Source: an uncultured Nitrososphaerota archaeon
GTDB lineage: Archaea > Thermoproteota > Methanomethylicia > Nezhaarchaeales > B40-G2
Length of the DNA: 64,000 bases
Reading direction: 5' to 3'
Assembly: GCA_964626365.1 (NCBI GenBank)
Contig: CAZVDL010000002.1
Coordinates: 19,966-83,965, forward strand
The notes under the pieces were generated by a model, which was not told where the DNA came from, ran no database searches, and worked only from the letters and a program-made list of their open reading frames with translations. Positions 19,579-28,762 of the stretch are shown piece after piece. Positions within the stretch are counted from its first letter, which is position 1. Each line of letters opens with the position of its first letter. Position numbers and translations under genes: made by a program.

Positions 19579-20295
19579 ATGAAGAGTCGGAGCGTAGTGG
19601 ATCCCAGCAAGCTTGCGGTGAAAACGGTCGACCTATGGAAGGTCTACAGGATGGGCTCTGTCAACGTGACGGCCCTAAGAGGGGTCAACTTAGAGGTTCA
19701 GGAAGGGGAGTTCATAGCCGTAGTAGGTCCTTCAGGCAGCGGTAAGACTACGCTTCTTACCATTCTAGGCACCCTAACCCGCCCCACCAAGGGCAAAGTG
19801 TACATAGGTGGCGTCGAGACCACGGCGCTCAAGGACGAGGAGCTAGCTAAGCTCAGGAATAGGATGATAGGCTTCGTCTTTCAGAGCTTCAACTTAATTA
19901 GTAGAATGACAGCCTTGGAGAACGTGGAGCTTCCCTTAATCGCCTCGGGGCTACCCCCAAAGGAGAGAAGGAGGAGGGCGCTAAGGGCCCTGAAGCTGGT
20001 GGGCCTAGAGGACAGGGTCCATCATAGGCCTACCGAGCTCAGTGGAGGCCAACAGCAGAGGGTAGCGATCGCCAGGGCCATAGTCACGGAGCCTAAGATA
20101 GTGCTCGCTGACGAGCCCACCGGCAACCTTGACTCGCGGACTGCCACGGACATAATCAAGCTGTTCGAGGACCTAAACGAGAGGCTGGGTGTGACGATAA
20201 TAATGGTGACCCACAACCTGGAGCTGACCAAGTACTGTCATAAGGTGGTACACCTTAGGGATGGGGTGATCCATAAAGTTGAGGGCTCCAGCTAA
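19579..20295 (+). CDS. ABC transporter ATP-binding protein (MacB/LolD-like)
   Basis: It has Walker [10 protein letters not shown], the signature LSGGQQQR and Walker [12 protein letters not shown]. Confidence 0.85.
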   Translation: MKSRSVVDPSKLAVKTVDLWKVYRMGSVNVTALRGVNLEVQEGEFIAVVGPSGSGKTTLLTILGTLTRPTKGKVYIGGVETTALKDEELAKLRNRMIGFVFQSFNLISRMTALENVELPLIASGLPPKERRRRALRALKLVGLEDRVHHRPTELSGGQQQRVAIARAIVTEPKIVLADEPTGNLDSRTATDIIKLFEDLNERLGVTIIMVTHNLELTKYCHKVVHLRDGVIHKVEGSS

Positions 20296-22021
20296 TCCCG
20301 CCGCGCAGAGAGGATTGTTGACCGCGCTGCTTCTAGTCCTCCTAGCGCTACATTTAAGCTCTACCGCTGAAGCTCACGGCACTAAGGGCTCTTACTTTGA
20401 GGTCATAGATAGCTACTGGGGCACTATAACCGGTAGGGGTGACAACACCCCATACCAGGTCGCGGAGGCTAAGGTAGCTCCCGGAGACAAAGACGTGGTC
20501 CTTATAGTCAGGGCCAGGTACGTGGGCAACTACTCCCAAATAGCCAATATAAAGGCCATGCTGTTTCTCAGCCCTCCCTTTACCTCTGTAAACCCCGAGA
20601 ACATAACGAGCTACTACGCCTCCTCGGTCTCCATGGGGGAGGTATTTCCCTTACAGTTCAGGATGAACATTCCGTCCAACGTGAGCCTCGGTGAACACCG
20701 CTTCAACCTATCCATCAGCTTCGACTCCATCTACAACGTCTCGGCTACGCGAGGGGGCTACGCTGTGATAGAGAAGTGGGAGAAGCTAAGCAAGCCGGTA
20801 AACGAGAGCTTAGAGGTTCCTGTCCAGCTGCTAGGCAGAGTAACCCTACATGTTGAGGCCACGTCAATCCAGCTAGGCAACTTGACACTCGTAAAGGTCA
20901 AGGTGGGTAACATAGGGTGTGGAAACGCGAGCGACCTTAAAGCAGGCCTCGTAGCCCCTGCTGGCTCCAACATAAGGATCCTGGAGCAGTACGAGAAGAG
21001 CCTAGGCGATTTAACCGCTAACTCTACGGCCGAGGCCTCCTTCAAGGTCTACGTGCCTATAGATGAGGCTCAACCTGAGCTACAGCTAAGGCTTAGGTAC
21101 AAGGACCCCTACGGCGAGGAGGTCCAAGAGGAGTACACGCTCTACCTCTTCATAAGCTCGAGGGAGCCGAAGATCCTCCTCTCGGCCGAGCCGACAATAC
21201 TTGTGAGCGGAGCGATGAACAACGTGACGCTGAGGATAAGGAACCTCTACGCTTACCCCCTCAAGGATACGATAGCTACTATCACCGCTGCCGTATCCAC
21301 CCGCTCCCAGCTTCTTCAGTTAGGCGTAGTGCCCCAGTCCAAGGCGGTGATAGTGGGCCACGAGGTTAAGTGGATCATAGGCGACCTTCCACCGAACGCT
21401 GAGGCCAACCTCACCTTAAAGGTCTACGTGCCCACCGAGGCTTCTTCTGTGAGCCTGAGCGTAGGGCTCTCGTACATAGATTCAGGCGGCGTAGTACGCG
21501 AGGAACAGTCCAGCCTTGAATTCCCGGCTGTTGGCAGCCTTGAGCTGATGATTAGCGACTACTCAACTTACCCTGAAGTCGTCGCTAACGGCACCTCCTT
21601 CACGCTCACTGTGACCATGTTAAACCTGGGCACGGAGGACGCCAGGTTCATCGTGGTGGAAGCGGCAAATGAAACAGGCACCCCCTTTACCCCCCTCAAA
21701 CCCTACGTCTACGTAGGTGATCTAAGCTCAGGTTCCTCCACCGCCTTCTCCCTACAGTTCAAAGTCGACGAGGAAGCCTCTGCTGGCCTCTACGAGGTCC
21801 GCTTAATTGTTAAATGTACCGATAGGCTCCACGTAAGACACATCAAGGAGTTCAAGGTCCCCGTGTACGTCTCGGTTTTCAGGAAAGCTGAGGTACAACC
21901 TACGGCAGCCACTCCCCCACTCCACGCCTACCTAGCTGCTGTTCTCGCTGCAGCTGGCGGTGGGGCTGTAGGTTACTTCGTAGGTAGGAGGTCTAAGAGA
22001 GGGATTGAACTTGAGGCCTGA
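20279..22021 (+). CDS. Large secreted beta-rich protein with C-terminal TM anchor, encoded between the ABC ATPase and its permease
   Basis: It has a signal peptide, repeated Ig-like-sized segments with N-glycosylation sequons, and a C-terminal hydrophobic helix followed by RRSKR. Confidence 0.45.
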   Translation: MRAPANPAAQRGLLTALLLVLLALHLSSTAEAHGTKGSYFEVIDSYWGTITGRGDNTPYQVAEAKVAPGDKDVVLIVRARYVGNYSQIANIKAMLFLSPPFTSVNPENITSYYASSVSMGEVFPLQFRMNIPSNVSLGEHRFNLSISFDSIYNVSATRGGYAVIEKWEKLSKPVNESLEVPVQLLGRVTLHVEATSIQLGNLTLVKVKVGNIGCGNASDLKAGLVAPAGSNIRILEQYEKSLGDLTANSTAEASFKVYVPIDEAQPELQLRLRYKDPYGEEVQEEYTLYLFISSREPKILLSAEPTILVSGAMNNVTLRIRNLYAYPLKDTIATITAAVSTRSQLLQLGVVPQSKAVIVGHEVKWIIGDLPPNAEANLTLKVYVPTEASSVSLSVGLSYIDSGGVVREEQSSLEFPAVGSLELMISDYSTYPEVVANGTSFTLTVTMLNLGTEDARFIVVEAANETGTPFTPLKPYVYVGDLSSGSSTAFSLQFKVDEEASAGLYEVRLIVKCTDRLHVRHIKEFKVPVYVSVFRKAEVQPTAATPPLHAYLAAVLAAAGGGAVGYFVGRRSKRGIELEA

Positions 22022-23216
22022 CGACATAATCTCCTGGTCACTGAGAAGCCTAAGGGAGCAACGTATTAGGGCGGCACTGGCCATAATGGGGGTCGCCATA
22101 GGAGCCATGCTGCTTATAGCAGTGTTATCTCAGAGCGAGGGTATAACGAGGGCCATTAAGGGGGAGCTTGAAACCCTCGGGGCGAGCACTATAATCCTGA
22201 GGCCTGAAGGCAACGCAGCGACGCTGGATGATTCCGACGTCAACATGATCAGGAACATAGGGTACGTCAAGACCGTGGCCCCTTTAACCATGGTTAACGC
22301 CAGGGTCTACGGCGCAGGCGGCTACGTCGAGTGCATGGTGGTAGGGGTAAAACCTTCCCAACTAGGCGAGGTCTTAAAGGGAGTAAAGGTCGCTGAGGGC
22401 CGCCTTCCAAGCGATGTGGCTGGGGAGGCCGTTGTAGGCTACGACGTAGCTTACCTCGAGGGAAGGTCTACCCCCTTCGTTGAGCTGGGACGAGAGGTTA
22501 TGGTGGAGTATAAGGTCGAAGACAAGGTCTACAGGTATAGGCTAACCGTGGTAGGCATACTCGAGAAGACAGGGGCCTCGCTGCTCTCAGGTACAGCCTT
22601 CGCCGCTGATAACACGATTTACGTGTCGCTTGAAACCATGAGCATCATGCTCGGCAGACACGACTACGACTTAATAAGCGTTGATGTCGTCGGCCCGGAA
22701 TACGTCGACGTAGTCGTAGCCAACCTAAAAGCCTACTATGGAGGCAGCGTAAAGATTATCAACACCAAGAAGATACTTGAGACCACCAACAACATACTCA
22801 ACAGCCTAACAGCCTTCAGGACCGCCATATCCATGGTCTCCCTCATAGTAGCCTCCCTAGGCGTAGCCAACGTAATGATAATGTCCGTCATGGAGAGAAC
22901 CAGGGAAATAGGAGTCCTAAAAGCCTTAGGCTACACCAACAAGGCCGTCATGACCCTCTTCCTATCCGAGGCGCTAATGATAGGCGTCATAGGAGCAGCC
23001 GTAGGCATAACCCTAGGCATACTAATCTCCTACACAAACATACTAGGACACCTAACCACCAAAGGAGCCCTAGAGATAGCCTTCCATCCAATAATAACCC
23101 CCCAACACATAACCCTAGCCCTAATCTTCTCCATCCTCACAAGCACCCTAGCAGGAATATATCCAGCCCACCGAGCAGCCAAACTAGAACCAGCAAAAGC
23201 CCTAAAATACGAGTAA
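22005..23216 (+). CDS. ABC transporter permease, FtsX/MacB-type (4 TM with large extracellular loop)
   Basis: Its topology and C-terminal FtsX-like TM bundle are those of this family. It overlaps the upstream gene. Confidence 0.8.
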   Translation: MNLRPDDIISWSLRSLREQRIRAALAIMGVAIGAMLLIAVLSQSEGITRAIKGELETLGASTIILRPEGNAATLDDSDVNMIRNIGYVKTVAPLTMVNARVYGAGGYVECMVVGVKPSQLGEVLKGVKVAEGRLPSDVAGEAVVGYDVAYLEGRSTPFVELGREVMVEYKVEDKVYRYRLTVVGILEKTGASLLSGTAFAADNTIYVSLETMSIMLGRHDYDLISVDVVGPEYVDVVVANLKAYYGGSVKIINTKKILETTNNILNSLTAFRTAISMVSLIVASLGVANVMIMSVMERTREIGVLKALGYTNKAVMTLFLSEALMIGVIGAAVGITLGILISYTNILGHLTTKGALEIAFHPIITPQHITLALIFSILTSTLAGIYPAHRAAKLEPAKALKYE

Positions 23217-23270
23217 CCATAAACCAAAACCCGCAACCCTAAAAACCCCCCAGAATAAAACCCCAATCGA

Positions 23271-23343
23271 AGCCGGGTGGTGTAGCGGCCAAGCATCACG
23301 GGCTCTGGCCCCGTGGACGGAGGTTCAAATCCTCCCCCGGCTA
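23271..23343 (+). tRNA. tRNA-Gln (anticodon CUG), no intron
   Basis: The acceptor is AGCCGGG/CCCGGCU with the A1:U72 typical of archaeal tRNA-Gln. The anticodon arm is ACGGG-CUCUGGC-CCCGU and the T-arm is GGAGG-UUCAAAU-CCUCC. Confidence 0.8.
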
Positions 23344-23425
23344 TAATTAAATACCTAAATTTTACTGTAATTTAAATCATCACTTTCTCTTCTTCAAACT
23401 CTGAGGACCTGTTTTTAACTCTCTT

Positions 23426-24115
23426 CTATTCTCCTAGAAGGATCTCCCTAATTTTCTCGCCCAGCTTTATTTCCTCTCTGGTGATTAAGGAGACCGTGAG
23501 TAATCCGTCTTCTATTGTATAATCTTGAACGACTAAATCCTCAGGTATTAGTATACTCAACACGGTATTGTTGAAGACGTTTAACAATCTATGAGTTAGG
23601 TCTTTAATTACCTCCTCAAGTTCAAGGACGTTTAAGGAAAGGTATACGTCGTAAACTACATCTTCCCAAGTGCTCCTCCAATAAGCTTTAATGACTCCTC
23701 CAAAGATCATTATATCATCGGGGCCCTTAACCTTGTCTCTAAGCTCTTCGGGTAAGATGTCCATGGTCTTATGGTAAAGTTCTTCAACCACTCTCCTTAG
23801 ATGCTCTTTCATCTGCTTCAGAGGTACTAGATTACCAGGGAGTGATGGTACCTCCTTGAAGCCTTCGCGAACTCTATAATCTATTATTACTGCATCACTG
23901 AAAACGTCGTATAACTTTCCGTAAGCTTTATGGAACTTTGAGGGCTCCCTTAAATGGAAGGCTGCAAAGGGCATAGGGTAAGGTTCCTTAATAATCTTTA
24001 ATTGAAGCCCTACGATAGCGCTACCCTTGTCCTTTATAATCTTAATGACCCTATGGCTGATCCTTAGTGCCACGTCTTCCCATTCATCTAAGTAGATACC
24101 TGGTTTACTGCTCAA
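23426..24115 (-). CDS. Hypothetical protein in low-GC islet
   Basis: A 229-aa ORF with no recognisable motif and ~40 % GC against the ~53 % background. Confidence 0.35.
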   Translation of the reverse strand: MSSKPGIYLDEWEDVALRISHRVIKIIKDKGSAIVGLQLKIIKEPYPMPFAAFHLREPSKFHKAYGKLYDVFSDAVIIDYRVREGFKEVPSLPGNLVPLKQMKEHLRRVVEELYHKTMDILPEELRDKVKGPDDIMIFGGVIKAYWRSTWEDVVYDVYLSLNVLELEEVIKDLTHRLLNVFNNTVLSILIPEDLVVQDYTIEDGLLTVSLITREEIKLGEKIREILLGE

Positions 24116-25010
24116 ACCGCTCCCTCCTCATCCTTTCAATTATGTCCCTTAATTTTCGAGCTTTACTTGGGCTTCTAAATCCTATTTTCTCGTAAAACTT
24201 CATTATACTATCGATCGAGTTAATACGTAGCTCATACTCTAAACTTTCACCAAACTCTCCTCTACTCCTTAATGGACCATAAAGCTTAGCCTTTATCCCT
24301 AGCTCCTCTAACATGTCACGCACCATCATGAGCCCTTTTACGTTTACTGATTTAGCATAGATAGTGGCATATGTGTGTCTTCTCTTTTGATATGAACTGA
24401 CGCCTCCATCACCGTCAAAGTAACCTTGGAGCCATGCACACTTTCCCTTTTCGTCAAGGTACTCTATTGGAGGTCTCCAATTACGTCGCCCAATCTCAGC
24501 GCCATACTTTAGTAGATCCTCTAAGATATCACGTCCATAAACCGTGAACTCAGTATAGTGACCTTTTCCTTTATCTCCGCGATATCTAGTACTTATCTTC
24601 ACACCAAATATTTCACGTATAACCCTTATAAACTCCTGATAGGCATCAGAGCCGTTGTGGAGTTGAACTCTATATCTACCCACTTCTTTTCTCGCTGAGC
24701 CGTTTGCGCATAGTAGTCCATGTAGATAAGCTCGGTCTATGCTATATAGCGGCCTATAACCTGAGGCTCTAACCTCGAGTATCATTCCTCTACCCATGTC
24801 TAATAAGGCTCTATTACCGTTGTCAATAACTAGCTCCTTGTACTCTCCAATCTTCCTACTATCTTCATAGAGCACGTAACTCTCTCCTTGCCTCGTTATC
24901 CTATAAGGGCCTACTCTAAAGACTTCCTCCTCAACATGGGATGATATTTCCTGCTCCTCTCCCTGTCTGAAGCGATCCTTGACCTGCCTTATTCTGTCAC
25001 CTGAACCCAA
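24105..25010 (-). CDS. Free-standing LAGLIDADG-type homing endonuclease-like protein (two LAGLIDADG-like motifs)
   Basis: The motifs are YLHGLLCANGSA and AWLQGYFDGDGGV. The spacing of ~95 aa fits a double-motif LAGLIDADG enzyme. GC is low. Confidence 0.55.
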   Translation of the reverse strand: MGSGDRIRQVKDRFRQGEEQEISSHVEEEVFRVGPYRITRQGESYVLYEDSRKIGEYKELVIDNGNRALLDMGRGMILEVRASGYRPLYSIDRAYLHGLLCANGSARKEVGRYRVQLHNGSDAYQEFIRVIREIFGVKISTRYRGDKGKGHYTEFTVYGRDILEDLLKYGAEIGRRNWRPPIEYLDEKGKCAWLQGYFDGDGGVSSYQKRRHTYATIYAKSVNVKGLMMVRDMLEELGIKAKLYGPLRSRGEFGESLEYELRINSIDSIMKFYEKIGFRSPSKARKLRDIIERMRRERFEQ

Positions 25011-26107
25011 GTTTTCTGGTTCCTCCTTCGCTGTGGAGGGCTTGTAGGTAGGTTAGGTTGTGTAGGGCTATGGCCTTGACGTTGTTTACCCTTATGTAGG
25101 TTATCTTGTTCCTCCTTTATTTCCTGGCAGGCTGGGCAGTTGCATGGGCATTCGTCGCAGTATAGGTGGTCGTCTAGGATGTAGTGTATGATTGGCTGGG
25201 TTCCTTGGTAGCAGGCTCGTTTCTGGGCGTTTATGAACCATGATAGGCTGGCGTGGGGGTATTCAGTGGCCCAGGTGTAGGGCCTTCCGTAGATGATGAG
25301 CTGGTAGCGTCCTCCGACGTAGTCTTCTAGGGCCTCTAAGGCGTAGGCTAGGAACTCCTTGAAGAGTCCGTCTCGCCAGAGCTCCCTGCTGGGGAGGGCG
25401 TACTTGGTTACGCTTAGCTGGCTTAGGGTCTTGACGCAGTACCTGACCTGTTCCCTGTTGGCGCCTTTAATTAGCCCTATGAGCTCGGCGTCAAGCTTAG
25501 CTAGCTCGGAGGTCATTTTAAGCGACCTTAGCAGGGACCTCCACGAGTATAGGCGAGGGTCGTCGATGTAGGTCTCTGAGTCAGGGTTGAAGAAGGCGTC
25601 TGGCTCTAAGCTCTTCAGGTAGCGCTGGTAGTCCTCTAAGCTTAGCCTAGCCATGGCCTCGTCGGGCATAACCGTGGACACTATGGTTTGGCCGTCAAGG
25701 TTTAGGTAGCCCCGTAGGCCCTCCGCCTCGGCTTGAGCAGAGAGCTCAGGGCTGACCATTAGGTCGTGGAGCTTAACTATAACTGTCCTTGGCTCAGCGA
25801 CCCACCTCCAGAACCAAGATCTCCGATCCCCGGCCTTAATGATCGGTATGAAGCGTGGAGTCTTCTTAAGCCTCTGCCTAGCCTTAGCTGTGGGTAGAGG
25901 TATGTCTAGCTTAACGCTTCTTGCGTCCACCTTTCTCGGGCACACCGAGGTGTAAATGCAGCCAGCGGCATTGATCCCTGTGTACCTCTTGCCTTTAAAA
26001 CAGGCTAGGACAAGGCATCCTCGGTTGTCGCAGCCTGAGCAGAGGGGGCCGTGGAGAGGGCACGACAAGCAGCTCCTACCGCATAGCCCTGCTTCGACCA
26101 TACTCAC
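24989..26107 (-). CDS. Cys-rich hypothetical protein (N-terminal CGRSCLSCPLHGPLCSGCDNRGC, C-terminal CDECPCNCPAC)
   Basis: A long ORF with host-like GC, and a low-complexity K/Q/P-rich tail where it runs into the low-GC segment. Confidence 0.4.
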   Translation of the reverse strand: MSMVEAGLCGRSCLSCPLHGPLCSGCDNRGCLVLACFKGKRYTGINAAGCIYTSVCPRKVDARSVKLDIPLPTAKARQRLKKTPRFIPIIKAGDRRSWFWRWVAEPRTVIVKLHDLMVSPELSAQAEAEGLRGYLNLDGQTIVSTVMPDEAMARLSLEDYQRYLKSLEPDAFFNPDSETYIDDPRLYSWRSLLRSLKMTSELAKLDAELIGLIKGANREQVRYCVKTLSQLSVTKYALPSRELWRDGLFKEFLAYALEALEDYVGGRYQLIIYGRPYTWATEYPHASLSWFINAQKRACYQGTQPIIHYILDDHLYCDECPCNCPACQEIKEEQDNLHKGKQRQGHSPTQPNLPTSPPQRRRNQKTWVQVTE

Positions 26108-26400
26108 CTACGTTTTTCTGGTTTTCCTTTAAACGGATCTCCGCTTCGATTAAATCCGGGGGCGTCTACCTACACGCTGTGTCCCTACCTGATTATTTGA
26201 GCTACGATACCCTCAAGGAGGCTTTAAAGGAGCTTAGGGTGCCCTTAGTGGACTTAATCTTAAGGCAAGACCTCTCCTTCTCCGAGGAATAAGCTGTGGT
26301 GAGAGATAGGCTTGTCCTTGGCTATTTTAGTGGAGAGGGTTAGCCCGCATAGTGAACTTAGAGGTGACCCCTCTCACCTTACCTAGGGCAGGGCGGAGCG

Positions 26401-26869
26401 GTGTTGGAGGTTGAGGCTGGGACAGGCTTCTTTACGGCTAGGGTCGTGGACGCGTTAAAGAGGCTCGGCGTTGAGGCGACGATGTACGCCTTAGACGCCT
26501 CGCCAGCCATGTTAAGAGCCCTGGTTGAGAGACTGCTCAGCGTGACCTCTATTTTAGGGGCGGCTGAGGATATACGAGGGAGCCTAGCTTACGCCAGGCG
26601 CTTTATCGACGTCCCCGACGAGTTTAACGCGGTCCTCCATCCTGCTGCTACATCACTGCCTGGAGGTGGAGCTGGTCTTTAGCAGCGTTAGGGAGGTGCT
26701 GGCGCCTAATGGAGCCGCCTCCCTCATAGACCTTTGTAGGCACGGCTTTGAGGTGCTCAGGGGGGAGATGGGCGACGTACACCTGGAGTTTGATTTAGGC
26801 TACGTCAAGGAGGCCGCTAGCAGGTATTTCAGCCATCGCCTACCCGCTGCGCTTAAAGGCGTGGATTAA
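26401..26869 (+). pseudogene. Frameshifted/truncated class I SAM-dependent methyltransferase
   Basis: MTase motif I LEVEAGTGFF sits in ORF 26401..26682. The continuation lies in a different frame (26666..26869). The total is only ~160 aa, well short of a full MTase. Confidence 0.45.
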
Positions 26870-26968
26870 TGCGGGGGGTGGGATTTGAACCCACGCCGGC
26901 CTTCGCCAACGGATACCCCAAGCCTGTTCTTGAGTCCGCCCCCTTGGACCTGGCTCGGGAACCCCCGC
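26870..26968 (-). tRNA. tRNA-Leu (anticodon CAA) with canonical ~14-nt intron after position 37 and long variable arm
   Basis: The reverse complement gives GCGGGGG...GCGGA-CUCAAG[intron]A-UCCGU, a 14-nt variable arm, GUGGG-UUCAAAU-CCCAC, CCCCCGC and discriminator A. Confidence 0.7.
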
Positions 26969-27060
26969 TCCATTTTAAGGCCGTTTAAGGTCTCCTTAAA
27001 AACCTAACTAATGGTGCGCCGCTGACGTTTATTTAGCGCTGAGCCTGTAGTTTCAACGGG

Positions 27061-27915
27061 TTGCGTTTTCCAGTTAAGCTAGCCGTAGCGCTGGCCATTA
27101 TGGCTGTCTTAGCGGCTATCCACGTTCTATCGCTGTTGCCTGGAGGTGGCGGTGGACGCGGTGTTGTGGTCGGTGGCGTTAAGTGGGTCAACGTTACCCT
27201 GCTGGTCGATAATAATAGAGGGAACATAAGCAGCTTAGCTTCTCCTTGGGGCCTCTCGATCTATGTGGAGACGCCCAGTAATCGCTTCCTCTTTGACGCT
27301 GATGGTAGCCCCGAGGTCCTTAGACGTAACGCTGAGATCTTAGGCGTGGACCTCTCTAAGGTGGACTTTGTTGTGGTCTCTCACGGTCACGGAGACCACG
27401 TGGGGGGTCTAGCCTTGATAGCTGAGCTTAAACCGAGGTGTAGAGTGTACGTGCCCGCCGGCATGGATGGGAGGGTCAAGGAGTGGATCGCTGAGCTAGG
27501 CTTAGAGGTCGTGGAGGTTGAGGACACGGCGATGGTCGCTGAAGGAGTGGCGGTGATCGGCCAGCTATATGGTCCTCCCTACGAGCAGGCGGTAGCGGTT
27601 AAGGTGGAGGGCCTAGGCCTCGTTCTCCTCGTAGGGTGTAGCCATCCAGGCGTGGAGAACCTTGTCTATAAGGCCTCCCACGACCTGAACGCGGAGGTGT
27701 ACGCCGTCATAGGAGGCTTCCACCTAGCTGGAGCTAGTCCTCAAAGGCTAGAGTCTACTTTAAACGCCCTTCTCAAGCAGGGGGTCAAGAAGATATACCC
27801 TGTCCACTGTAGCGGCGACGCTTTTAGGAGCCTTGTCGAGTCCAAGCGCCCCGAACTCTATGGAGGGGGTTACGTGGGGCTAAGCGTGTTCTTTAAGGCC
27901 CGGGCGTCCGGTTAA
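27061..27915 (+). CDS. Metallo-beta-lactamase-fold hydrolase with N-terminal signal/TM segment
   Basis: It has HGHGDHVGG and downstream His/Asp ligands typical of the MBL fold. Confidence 0.7.
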   Translation: MRFPVKLAVALAIMAVLAAIHVLSLLPGGGGGRGVVVGGVKWVNVTLLVDNNRGNISSLASPWGLSIYVETPSNRFLFDADGSPEVLRRNAEILGVDLSKVDFVVVSHGHGDHVGGLALIAELKPRCRVYVPAGMDGRVKEWIAELGLEVVEVEDTAMVAEGVAVIGQLYGPPYEQAVAVKVEGLGLVLLVGCSHPGVENLVYKASHDLNAEVYAVIGGFHLAGASPQRLESTLNALLKQGVKKIYPVHCSGDAFRSLVESKRPELYGGGYVGLSVFFKARASG

Positions 27916-27933
27916 CGTTAACGGTGGTGTTGC

Positions 27934-28359
27934 GTGTCCCGGGACCTGATGTCTACGAGCGTGACAAGTTCCTACCTAAAGGAGGCCGACCTATTGTTGC
28001 ATAGTAAGTGTATGGCCGTAGAATACCCTGAGCTCTGGCGTAGCCTGTCTCAGGACAAGTCAGCGTTGGCTGTCTGTCTACAGGAGCTCCATATGGATAG
28101 GGTGGGCTTCAAGGTGGCCACCATCATGTATAAGTCTCAGCCTAGGTCGATAACCGTGTTAACCATGAACGGGTCTCCGCACTGTATGCAACTCCACGTA
28201 GCTGTGGAGCAGGCGAGGCAGCTCACAGGGTATCGAGGCCAAGTTAAGCACCTAGTCGTAGAGCGCGGCGTGGTCTTTGAAGTGACCCCTGAAGCTATCA
28301 AGGCAGCTAGGCACCTAGCTACGGTTGAACAGCTTCTGCGCGAGGCGGGGAAAAAATAA
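27934..28359 (+). CDS. Hypothetical protein
   Basis: A 141-aa ORF 18 nt downstream of the MBL gene, with no recognisable motif. Confidence 0.3.
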   Translation: MSRDLMSTSVTSSYLKEADLLLHSKCMAVEYPELWRSLSQDKSALAVCLQELHMDRVGFKVATIMYKSQPRSITVLTMNGSPHCMQLHVAVEQARQLTGYRGQVKHLVVERGVVFEVTPEAIKAARHLATVEQLLREAGKK

Positions 28360-28384
28360 AGGGGGCTTAGCTACCTCATAAGAA

Positions 28385-28475
28385 GGCGGCCGTGGTCTAG
28401 CCTGGTCCAGGACACAGAGCGCTGAGCGTGTAGGCCTTCCACGCCTGTTACCCGGGTTCGAATCCCGGCGGCCGC
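28385..28475 (+). tRNA. tRNA-Gly (anticodon UCC) with a 16-nt non-canonical intron inside the 5' strand of the anticodon stem
   Basis: The exons give GCGGCCG UG GUCU AGCCUGGUCCA GGAC A CAG[AGCGCUGAGCGUGUAG]GC CUUCCAC GCCUG UUAC CCGGG UUCGAAU CCCGG CGGCCGC A. The acceptor and T-arm are typical of archaeal tRNA-Gly. Confidence 0.7.
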
Positions 28476-28486
28476 ACTTCCTCCCT

Positions 28487-28762
28487 TTAGGCCCCCCACC
28501 GCTTAACGAGGCCTAGGAGGCTGCTGGGCCAGGAGGACATGGAGGTCATCGCTTTAAGTTGCCTCGGGCTCACTTTCCCGGCCGGTTGGACCTCTATGCT
28601 CTCGGGCTTGGAGCTCAGAGGCTTCATACACCTAGGGCACCTACTACCGTACTTTCTAGCTACCTCGAGGAGAAGAGGGCTCCTAGCGCTAAGCGAAGCT
28701 TCTTCAGCTTCAATTCTCTTAAGTATGAAGCCACAACGGGAGCAGGCTACTATTAAAGCCAT
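28487..28762 (-). CDS. Small zinc-ribbon protein (CSRCG...CPRC)
   Basis: A 91-aa ORF between two tRNA genes. Coding status is uncertain. Confidence 0.25.
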   Translation of the reverse strand: MALIVACSRCGFILKRIEAEEASLSARSPLLLEVARKYGSRCPRCMKPLSSKPESIEVQPAGKVSPRQLKAMTSMSSWPSSLLGLVKRWGA

